Below are positions 1 to 6,991 of a DNA stretch of 32,000 bases, in pieces. Position 1 is the stretch's first letter; every line of letters begins with the position of its first letter. The DNA comes from an uncultured Erysipelotrichaceae bacterium (GTDB lineage: Bacteria > Bacillota_I > Bacilli_A > Erysipelotrichales > Erysipelotrichaceae): assembly GCA_942492995.1 (NCBI GenBank), contig OW818653.1, positions 1,260,001 through 1,292,000 on the forward strand, in the 5' to 3' direction. The translations under genes and the position numbers were made by a program. Below the pieces are notes generated by a model, which searched no databases, was not told the DNA's origin, and was given only the letters and a program-made list of their open reading frames with translations.

Positions 1-1077
1 GCCAGGATGATTGGTTGTTTTAATGCCTTCAAGTGTTGGCCAAATTTCATTGTATTTCTCTAACATTTCTTGGTTAGCGGAGAATCCACCTGTCGCAAGA
101 ATAACCCCATTGTTCGCGTGAAGTATAACATCACCTTCCAATGATTCTGCTTTAACCCCAGTTACACGACCATCTTCGATGATTAGTTCGAGTGCTTCTG
201 TATCAAGTAGAACTTCGATACCTTCATGCGTATCAATATAGTTTTGATAAGTACTGATAAATCCAGTTCCAAGTGGCGTTGTAGGTTTGTGTGCTCTTGG
301 CCACATTCCACCTAAAACAGTAAATACTTGGTCTTTAAATTCCATGCCTAATCCTTCTAACCAAACAACTGCAGAATATGCATTTTCAACTAACGTTTGA
401 ATCAAGACAGGATTGCCTTGTTTATCTCCACCTTCATACGTTTGTGTGAAGTGTTTTTCAACTGAATCTTCAATATCTTGTGCTTCTTGACGTACAGGAT
501 CTACCGCATTAAATGCCCCACCGGATAGAATCGTATTACCACCAAGTCTTGACATCTTTTCTACTACAATAACAGTTGCGCCATTTTCATTAGCGGAAAC
601 TGCAGCTGCTAATCCAGCTCCACCCCCACCAATAATAACTACGTCTGTTGTATATTCCTTAGTTTCGCCTTTAACAGCTGCACTATCATTCTTAACATTT
701 AGCTTTTCAATATCAGCACCAGCAAGCTTTAGAGCTTCAGAAGCGCCATTAATAATTGCTTTACTGGAAACTGTTGCCCCTGAAATTGTATCAACCGCTA
801 AACTTTGTTCATCAACGATCGCTACTGGAATTCTTTCAATCGCCGCATCAGAGATACTTGGACTTTCCATGTGATCTAAAATATTAACTTCTAGAATTTC
901 GCTATCACTAACAACTACTTCAACTGTCATGTCCCCATTATGACCTGCGACAGTTGCTTCATATGTTCCAGCTTTGAATAACGCTTCATTACTTGATGAT
1001 TGACATCCAACAAGTGACATTAACATTAATACACTGAAAACGATAGACACTAACTTTTTAGTAAAACTTCTTTTCAT
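1..1077 (-). CDS. Secreted lipoprotein flavoenzyme: FMN-binding domain fused to an FAD-dependent fumarate/urocanate-reductase-like flavoprotein (partial; C-terminus lies beyond the window edge)
   Basis: Absent from the ORF track because it runs off the window. Own translation of the minus strand from ATG at 1077 gives MKRSFTKKLVSIVFSVLMLMSLVGCQSS (signal peptide plus lipobox LVGC). Further on: SLAVDTISGATVSSKAIING (FMN_bind-type D-x-x-SGAT motif), EYTTDVVIIGGGGAGLAAA (GxGxxG FAD fold, nt ~600-655) and ILATGGFSAN. The frame stays open to nt 1. Confidence 0.8.
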   Translation of the reverse strand, partial: MKRSFTKKLVSIVFSVLMLMSLVGCQSSSNEALFKAGTYEATVAGHNGDMTVEVVVSDSEILEVNILDHMESPSISDAAIERIPVAIVDEQSLAVDTISGATVSSKAIINGASEALKLAGADIEKLNVKNDSAAVKGETKEYTTDVVIIGGGGAGLAAAVSANENGATVIVVEKMSRLGGNTILSGGAFNAVDPVRQEAQDIEDSVEKHFTQTYEGGDKQGNPVLIQTLVENAYSAVVWLEGLGMEFKDQVFTVLGGMWPRAHKPTTPLGTGFISTYQNYIDTHEGIEVLLDTEALELIIEDGRVTGVKAESLEGDVILHANNGVILATGGFSANQEMLEKYNEIWPTLEGIKTTNHPG

Positions 1078-1196
1078 TTCCCTCATTAATCCTCTCTCTA
1101 TTAATTGAGTTATTCCAATCTAAAAACTAAATTCTTGAATAGAATATCGTTTAAAATCCTTGCCTTGTAATGTATGAATTTTTATATGTTTCAGTC

Positions 1197-1232
1197 ATAT
1201 TCTAACTTGAGAATATTTTAACGAACTAGTTC
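1197..1232. promoter_or_regulatory. Two palindromes in the divergent flavoprotein/TetR intergenic region (candidate TetR operators)
   Basis: ATATTCT-N6-AGAATAT at 1197-1216 and the perfect 10-bp palindrome GAACTAGTTC at 1223-1232, read directly from the sequence. Assignment to the TetR protein is inference from position only. Confidence 0.3.
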
Positions 1233-1362
1233 ACTGAACTTATTCATTATATTATAGGGTAATTAATGGCGTCAATATGATTTGTTAATATATTATCAAG
1301 CGTTTTTCACAAGTGATAAATTAGTGTGTTATGGTATACTTACTTTGGAGTTTTTAATTAAC

Positions 1363-1944
1363 ATGAACATCGAAAAACAAACAACTCGGCAAGCACAAGC
1401 CCAACAAACAAAAGATAAAGTTTATCAAGTTGCGATCGAGCTATTTGAGACAAAAGGATTTGAAAATATCACTGTAGATGAGATATGCAAAGTCGCAAAT
1501 GTTTCAACTGGTACGTTTTATAATGTATTCAAATCTAAATACGAGATTTTAGATCGAATATTTGAATTAGCGGATGATTATTTTAATGAAACGGTTAAGA
1601 ATACGGTTTTATCTGATAATACAAAGGATCAAATATTAACTTACTTTGATTACTATGCACTTTATAATTTGAAATGTGGAATTAAATTTACTAAACAATT
1701 GTATAATGTTAAAAATAATTTGTTCGCTAAAGAGAATCGACCAATGCAGATAATATTAAAAGAAATTATCGAAAATGGACAAAATAAAAAAGAACTTGAT
1801 ACAAGTATGAGTTCCAATGAAATCGTTCAATTCTTATTTATTTGTGTTAGAGGATTAGTCTATGATTGGTGCTTGAGGGATGGATCATTCGATTTAAGAT
1901 TAGAAATAAAAACATTAGTTACGCGTTTATTAAAGACAATATAA
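1363..1944 (+). CDS. TetR/AcrR family transcriptional regulator
   Basis: ORF 1282-1944. The N-terminal HTH region TVDEICKVANVSTGTFYNVFKSK is typical of TetR. Start moved to ATG 1363 (MNIEKQ), preceded by GGAG at 1347-1350. Confidence 0.8.
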   Translation: MNIEKQTTRQAQAQQTKDKVYQVAIELFETKGFENITVDEICKVANVSTGTFYNVFKSKYEILDRIFELADDYFNETVKNTVLSDNTKDQILTYFDYYALYNLKCGIKFTKQLYNVKNNLFAKENRPMQIILKEIIENGQNKKELDTSMSSNEIVQFLFICVRGLVYDWCLRDGSFDLRLEIKTLVTRLLKTI

Positions 1945-1976
1945 AACCCTAGATAACTCTAGGGTTCGTTTTTTTA
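1943..1976. terminator. Bidirectional intrinsic terminator between convergent genes
   Basis: Stem AACCCTAG (1945-1952) / CTAGGGTT (1959-1966), loop ATAACT. Followed by a T-run at 1969-1975 and preceded by an A-run. Confidence 0.75.
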
Positions 1977-2594
1977 TTGGTTTCTACGATTTTGTCTACT
2001 TTGTGAATTTAGTACTGGATCACAATCTACATTTGTTTTACCATCACGGTAATCTTCGAATATGGATAAATGACTTTCTGACGCATTCATTAAATGTGTG
2101 AATACATTTTCTACATTAGCAGGTAAATCTTTTTCTAAGAATGCTTTATACAATGCGATATTGTCAGTTTCAGCTTTTATACCAATCACATATGCTTCAG
2201 CTAATGTACTTGGCACTACCGCAAAATCACTTCCATTATCCGCTGGTACATCTAATCCATAGACAGTGAATAATTGTGTTAACGCTCTAATGTGACTTGT
2301 TTCTGCTCTGATAAGATTCACAAACGGAGTTACTTCTCCAAATTTACTAACGAGTGCTTGATATTCAGCACGTGCCTTATATTCATCTTTAATCAATACT
2401 GTTAAGATACTTTCTAGTTGAACCAATTCTTCTGCACTAACTGCACTTACAGCACTTACTTGTGCTACACCTTGGTTTTGGTTAGATGATCGATTTTCAC
2501 CATATCGTGCATCGACTGGTTGAAACATTGTACTCATTAATAACCCACCTAGGGTTAGGGATAATATCCCTGTCATAATTATTTTTTTATTCAT
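1974..2594 (-). CDS. Secreted DUF2202/ferritin-like domain protein
   Basis: N-terminal signal-like segment MNKKIIMTGILSLTLGGLLMS. The pattern DEYKARAEYQALVSKFGEVTPFVNLIRAETSHIRAL resembles the ferritin-like DUF2202 repeat (E..A...Y ... F.NI..AE..H). SD AGGAG lies upstream of ATG 2594. Confidence 0.55.
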   Translation of the reverse strand: MNKKIIMTGILSLTLGGLLMSTMFQPVDARYGENRSSNQNQGVAQVSAVSAVSAEELVQLESILTVLIKDEYKARAEYQALVSKFGEVTPFVNLIRAETSHIRALTQLFTVYGLDVPADNGSDFAVVPSTLAEAYVIGIKAETDNIALYKAFLEKDLPANVENVFTHLMNASESHLSIFEDYRDGKTNVDCDPVLNSQSRQNRRNQ

Positions 2595-2684
2595 ATTGAT
2601 CTCCTAAAGCCATTGCTTTATGGAAGTATCATAGAATAAAGATGTTACAGAGATGTGTCAGAAGTAATCTATTTCTGTGACGAA

Positions 2685-3008
2685 TTACTTAACCAAACCA
2701 TATTTCCAAGTCGCGACGCCACCAATGTTATGTACATTGGTATAGCCAACTTTTTTGAGATAACTTGTCGCATCTGAAGCACGTGCACCACTTAAACAAA
2801 TCACAAAGATTGTTTGATCTGTTTTTGGTAATGCGGATTGAAATTTCTGTGGAAGTGTATTTAGAGGAATATTTACGCTTCCTTTAATATGACCATCCTT
2901 ATACTCTTCTTTTGTTCTAACATCAATTAGTTTGATTGTGGAATCATTTTGTAGTTGTGCATATGCCTTATCTTGACTTAAATTACTTGATTGAAAAAAA
3001 TTAAACAT
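2685..3008 (-). CDS. Single-domain rhodanese (sulfurtransferase) protein
   Basis: 107 aa. Active-site loop C-LSGA-R (VICLSGARAS) and typical IDVRTKEEYKDGHIKGSVNIP. Confidence 0.8.
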   Translation of the reverse strand: MFNFFQSSNLSQDKAYAQLQNDSTIKLIDVRTKEEYKDGHIKGSVNIPLNTLPQKFQSALPKTDQTIFVICLSGARASDATSYLKKVGYTNVHNIGGVATWKYGLVK

Positions 3009-3032
3009 GTGATTTCCTCGCTTTATTGTTTA

Positions 3033-3449
3033 TTAACATCTCTTTGTATTCGATTCTTGATAGATTTCCATAAATTCTAACGTTCGATTAATTTTCTCGA
3101 AATTAAAGAATCTACTTTCTCTTAATACTTCTCTTCCTTCTGACCAGACCAACATCGTTGGGACTGTGAACACTTGATGTTGACCTGATATTGCAGGATA
3201 TTTAATCGCATCAATTTCGATTAACTCAATATCATAATCTTCAATCAAATTCTTAAGTCGAGGTAGTAGCGCATGACAAACACCACATTCTTCCGTATAA
3301 AAATACATTATGAAAGGTTTTTGATTTAGTTTGTGATTCATAATGTTTGTAATAGAAGTTGTTGTTTGTATGCGATGGCTCATATCTTTACTCTCTTTAT
3401 TGATGTCTACATTACTATTATAAGGGGACACTTCTTGAATTTCAATCAT
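3033..3449 (-). CDS. Thioredoxin-fold protein (CGVC redox motif); start codon uncertain
   Basis: Motif FYTEECGVCHALLP plus FTVPTMLVW (cis-Pro region) are thioredoxin-like. Alternative in-frame starts at 3383 and 3341. None has a convincing SD. Confidence 0.65.
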   Translation of the reverse strand: MIEIQEVSPYNSNVDINKESKDMSHRIQTTTSITNIMNHKLNQKPFIMYFYTEECGVCHALLPRLKNLIEDYDIELIEIDAIKYPAISGQHQVFTVPTMLVWSEGREVLRESRFFNFEKINRTLEFMEIYQESNTKRC

Positions 3450-3454
3450 TTTGA

Positions 3455-3478
3455 TTAAAAAAGAGTATTTAACTCTTT
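3455..3478 (-). terminator. Intrinsic terminator after the PTS-IIB gene
   Basis: Minus strand reads AAGAGT-TAAAT-ACTCTT followed by TTTTTAA (plus-strand arms at 3461-3466 and 3472-3477). Confidence 0.6.
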
Positions 3479-3483
3479 CTTAC

Positions 3484-3789
3484 TTACTCTTCTTTCATTA
3501 AACGACGTGCATGTTCAAGAATTTTTGCGCCATTCATTGAACCATACGCTGTCATATCCATTGTCTCAACTGGACAGTGTTTAATTTGATCTCTAAATTT
3601 GTTAAGCATAAAGCGAACTTGAGGTGCTACTAACACGACATCCGCATCATCTGAATGTCCAACAACAGTAGTTGTATCATATCCTTCTACGACATAATCA
3701 TATCCGGCTTCTTTTACCGCATTACGAACTTTTAATACAAGTAAACTACTGGACATCCCAGCACCACAAAATAATACAATCTTTTTCAT
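3484..3789 (-). CDS. PTS lactose/cellobiose-family EIIB component (orphan)
   Basis: 101 aa. MKKIVLFCGAGMSSSLLV carries the phospho-Cys P-loop typical of the cellobiose-type IIB. No IIA or IIC gene in the window. Confidence 0.75.
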   Translation of the reverse strand: MKKIVLFCGAGMSSSLLVLKVRNAVKEAGYDYVVEGYDTTTVVGHSDDADVVLVAPQVRFMLNKFRDQIKHCPVETMDMTAYGSMNGAKILEHARRLMKEE

Positions 3790-3864
3790 TTAATTTTCTC
3801 CAACGATTAGTCTTATTCTACTTTATCAATGATTAGTACTTCAATCTATTTCGATAATATATTT

Positions 3865-4686
3865 TTATAATCGTTCGATTTCTTTTATCCCATCAAGAAT
3901 TTTTATGTCATTGTTTGATAATTCGAAATCTAAGCTCGCATTTTCTACCATACGTTCTTTACTACGCGTTTTAGGTAGAGGTAGAGTTCCTTTTTCTAAA
4001 CAGTACTTAATGCATAATTGTGCTACACTCACATTATTTCTAAGCGCAATGGATTGAAGTTCTTCGTTTTGGAAAACACTTCCTGTTCCTAACGGAGAAT
4101 ATGCTTCGATTAGGATATTATTCGATTGACAGAATTCAACAATTTCATTTTGAGTAAATCCAACAGAGAATCTAATTTGATTAACCATTGGGACAATTTC
4201 ACATTCATTAATAATTGCCTTAAGATCTTCCACACTGAAGTTACTTACACCAATTGAACGTATTTTACCTTCTTTAAGGAGTTGTTCCATCGCCTTCCAA
4301 GCTTTTATGTTTTCTGTAGTACGTGATTGTCCACGTTGGTCCCATGCCCATGGCGCATGGATTAAGTATAAGTCCATATAATCCAATCCAAGTTCTTTGA
4401 GTTGTGTATTAAACGCTAAAATGGTTTCATCATATCCTAGTGCTGGAGCTCTAAGTTTACTTACGACAAATAGCTCTTCACGCTTAATACCTGAATCTTT
4501 GATTGCTCTACCTACCGCATCTTCATTGTGGTACGACTTCGCAGTATCGATATGACGGTATCCAGAATTTATCGCATCCAATGTGGCTTGATATGCTTCA
4601 TCATTTGATATTTGCCATGTCCCAAACGCAATCTTAGGAATCTTAACTCCATTATGTAACGTATAAACTTCTGTTAAATAGTTCAT
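3865..4686 (-). CDS. Aldo/keto reductase (small, 2,5-diketo-D-gluconate-reductase-like class)
   Basis: 273 aa. AKR catalytic residues in context: IDTAKSYHNE (D, Y), VSKL (K), LIHAP (H). Confidence 0.85.
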   Translation of the reverse strand: MNYLTEVYTLHNGVKIPKIAFGTWQISNDEAYQATLDAINSGYRHIDTAKSYHNEDAVGRAIKDSGIKREELFVVSKLRAPALGYDETILAFNTQLKELGLDYMDLYLIHAPWAWDQRGQSRTTENIKAWKAMEQLLKEGKIRSIGVSNFSVEDLKAIINECEIVPMVNQIRFSVGFTQNEIVEFCQSNNILIEAYSPLGTGSVFQNEELQSIALRNNVSVAQLCIKYCLEKGTLPLPKTRSKERMVENASLDFELSNNDIKILDGIKEIERL

Positions 4687-4707
4687 TGTAATATCTCCTT
4701 TAAGTGA

Positions 4708-4738
4708 ATTATACTCTTTAGAGTTAACTCCAAGTCAA
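4708..4738 (-). promoter_or_regulatory. MerR-type sigma-A promoter (19-bp spacer with dyad) for the 3865-4686 aldo/keto reductase
   Basis: Minus strand reads TTGACT (4738-4733) - TGGAGTTAACTCTAAAGAG (19 nt) - TATAAT (4713-4708). The dyad TTnGAGTT/AACTCnAA is centred in the spacer. The 18-mer TTGACTTGGAGTTAACTC is identical to 5761-5778. Confidence 0.6.
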
Positions 4739-4741
4739 TAA

Positions 4742-5209
4742 TTATTTATGATACTTGCCTGTAAATTCCTGTACAACAACTTTCATTACAGTTACCATAT
4801 TTACCATCTTCTCATCAAAATCAAACTCTTTCATTGTTTCATGATGCATAAGCAACTGTAATCCTTTTAGTTTTTCATTATACTCTTCCACAAAACTTAC
4901 GTGTCCATTGCCAATAATACTCTTAAATCCAAAGGAATAATCACATGCTTTATCCCCTTCGATTAAGCGATGATCGCAATCCATTTCAATACATACATTA
5001 GGGTTTGATTTTAATGCGTCGATTTTACGACCAACTTTAGCACTGTGGAAATATAGATTGAGTTGATTATCAACATATTCAAATCCATAGTTTAATGGCA
5101 CAATATAAATCCCTTTGTCATCTTGCATACCCAAATGACAAATCCGACATTCTTGTATAATCCCTAACAACTCATTAATATCTGTAACTTCACGATCTTT
5201 TCTTCTCAT
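4742..5209 (-). CDS. Pyridoxamine 5'-phosphate oxidase-family FMN-binding protein
   Basis: 155 aa. The N-terminus MRRKDREVTD and overall pattern are typical of the PNPOx-like split-barrel family. Confidence 0.7.
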   Translation of the reverse strand: MRRKDREVTDINELLGIIQECRICHLGMQDDKGIYIVPLNYGFEYVDNQLNLYFHSAKVGRKIDALKSNPNVCIEMDCDHRLIEGDKACDYSFGFKSIIGNGHVSFVEEYNEKLKGLQLLMHHETMKEFDFDEKMVNMVTVMKVVVQEFTGKYHK

Positions 5210-5219
5210 AATGTTTCCT

Positions 5220-5687
5220 TTACTTTGTTAAATCTAAACTGAAATAGGTTGCGCCTTCTAATGGATTTTCATAATAAGATTCAATCTCCTTAAACCCAAA
5301 AGATTGATATAAGCTAATCGCTGGTTTCATTGTATTCAATGTATCGAGAAGGATTTGTTTATATCCAACTTCCTTCGCATCATTAATTACGTGTTGAACG
5401 AGTTTCTTACTCATTCCTAACCCTCTAAATTCAGTACGAATGAATAATCGTTTTAACTCAGCACGTGTATCATCATAACGACGCAAAGCTACACATCCTG
5501 CTAGATGATTATTCCAATACGCTACATAAAGTCGTCCATCCGGTTGTGCATATTTACCAGGCAATGTATCGAGTTCGTACTTGAAGTCTTGAAAACATAA
5601 ATCTACTTCGAGTGATTGTGCGTATTCATTAAATAATAGTTTAATTGATTCAATATCATCGTATGCTGGTTTAATGACTAAATTCAT
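5220..5687 (-). CDS. GNAT family N-acetyltransferase
   Basis: Acetyl-CoA motif RGLGMSKKLV. Start moved to ATG 5687 (MNLVIK) because GAGGTGG sits immediately upstream. The track start at 5699 lies inside that SD. Confidence 0.8.
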   Translation of the reverse strand: MNLVIKPAYDDIESIKLLFNEYAQSLEVDLCFQDFKYELDTLPGKYAQPDGRLYVAYWNNHLAGCVALRRYDDTRAELKRLFIRTEFRGLGMSKKLVQHVINDAKEVGYKQILLDTLNTMKPAISLYQSFGFKEIESYYENPLEGATYFSLDLTK

Positions 5688-5760
5688 TTTCCACCTCATG
5701 ATTAAATTATTTTTATTATACCTTACAACATTAAATATTTTTAAAACATTTATTATTCAC

Positions 5761-5791
5761 TTGACTTGGAGTTAACTCAAGGGTATACAAT
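5761..5791 (+). promoter_or_regulatory. MerR-type sigma-A promoter (19-bp spacer with dyad) for the 5815-6810 aldo/keto reductase
   Basis: TTGACT (5761-5766) - TGGAGTTAACTCAAGGGTA (19 nt) - TACAAT (5786-5791). The perfect palindrome GAGTTAACTC lies in the spacer. SD AAGGAGG is at 5801-5807. Confidence 0.6.
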
Positions 5792-5814
5792 AAAATCAAC
5801 AAGGAGGATTTACA

Positions 5815-6810
5815 ATGGAATATGTAAAACTTGGTAATACTGGATTAGATGTATCACGTATATGTTTAGGTTGTATGGGATTTGGAGAAGTTGGAACTGG
5901 TTTCCACCAATGGGTCGTGGATGAAGCACAAAGTCGTGAGGTGATCAAACACGCATTAGATTTAGGTATTAACTTTTTTGACACCGCAAATGTGTACTCA
6001 GCAGGTACAAGTGAAGAATACTTAGGGCGCGCTTTGAAAGATTTTGCGGATCGCGATAAAGTTGTGATTGCGACCAAGGTAAACTTTAGAATGCATGATG
6101 GTCCTAATGGGGCTGGATTGTCGCGTAAAGCAATAATGAGTGAAGTTGAAAAGAGTTTAAAACGACTTCAAACAGATTATATTGATTTGTATATTATTCA
6201 TCGTTGGGATTACGATACACCGATTGAAGAAACGATGGAAGCACTCCATGATTTAGTTAAATCGGGTAAAGTTCGTTATATCGGGGCTTCCGCAATGTAT
6301 GCTTGGCAATTTCAAAAGGCTCAATATGTGGCAGAGAAGAATGGTTGGACTAAGTTTGTGTCGATGCAAAATCACTATAATTTAATCTATCGTGAAGATG
6401 AACGTGAATTAATTCCATTCTGTATCGAAAATAAGATTGCGCTAACACCTTACAGCCCTCTTGCGTCAGGCAGATTAACTCGTGCTAAGAGCGAAGGTTC
6501 AGTGCGTTCCGAGACAGATAAAATGCAAACGATTAAATATGGATCAATGGAACAAGTCGATCAACCGATTATTGATCGTGTTGGCGAATTGGCTGAGAAA
6601 TACAATGTTTTGCGTTCACATGTCGCACTCGCATGGATATGGAATCGTCAACCTGTTGTATCTCCGATTATTGGCGCAACAAAACTAAGTCATTTAGATG
6701 ATGCGGTTAATGCGTTAAACTTAAAATTAACAGATGAAGATATGAATTATTTAGAAGAAATGTATCAACCTCATCAATTAGTTGGATTAATACCCTATAC
6801 ATTTAGATAA
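5815..6810 (+). CDS. Aldo/keto reductase (large Tas/YghZ-like class)
   Basis: 331 aa. FDTANVYSAG, ATKV and YIIHRWD motifs. Confidence 0.85.
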   Translation: MEYVKLGNTGLDVSRICLGCMGFGEVGTGFHQWVVDEAQSREVIKHALDLGINFFDTANVYSAGTSEEYLGRALKDFADRDKVVIATKVNFRMHDGPNGAGLSRKAIMSEVEKSLKRLQTDYIDLYIIHRWDYDTPIEETMEALHDLVKSGKVRYIGASAMYAWQFQKAQYVAEKNGWTKFVSMQNHYNLIYREDERELIPFCIENKIALTPYSPLASGRLTRAKSEGSVRSETDKMQTIKYGSMEQVDQPIIDRVGELAEKYNVLRSHVALAWIWNRQPVVSPIIGATKLSHLDDAVNALNLKLTDEDMNYLEEMYQPHQLVGLIPYTFR

Positions 6811-6813
6811 ACA

Positions 6814-6848
6814 AAAAGGTATCAAACTTAAACAGTTTGGTACCTTTT
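6814..6848. terminator. Bidirectional intrinsic terminator
   Basis: AAAAGGTATCAAAC (6814-6827) pairs with GTTTGGTACCTTTT (6835-6848), with one G-U pair and loop TTAAACA. A-run and T-run flank it on both sides. Confidence 0.8.
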
Positions 6849-6852
6849 ATAA

Positions 6853-6990
6853 TTAATCACATTTACAATCATCATTTCCTGTTGATGGACAAGAACTGCA
6901 GGTTACGCCACATTTACGATCACGAATTACTTTTCTGAGCGCAAATCCTACGATAAGGACTATAATACCTAATACGATAAAATCTTGCAT
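6853..6990 (-). CDS. FeoB-associated Cys-rich small membrane protein (45 aa)
   Basis: Not in the ORF track. Own translation: MQDFIVLGIIVLIVGFALRKVIRDRKCGVTCSSCPSTGNDDCKCD. It has one TM helix and a Cys-rich tail. The ATG at 6990 is 1 nt after the feoB stop (6992-6994). Confidence 0.75.
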   Translation of the reverse strand: MQDFIVLGIIVLIVGFALRKVIRDRKCGVTCSSCPSTGNDDCKCD

Positions 6991-6991
6991 A

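Noticed and set aside
2641-2665. Partial similarity between gttacagagatgtgtcagaag (2641-2665 region) and the reverse complement of 31960-31985
   Set aside because: The match needs gaps, and the longest ungapped run is under 8 nt. It is likely chance.
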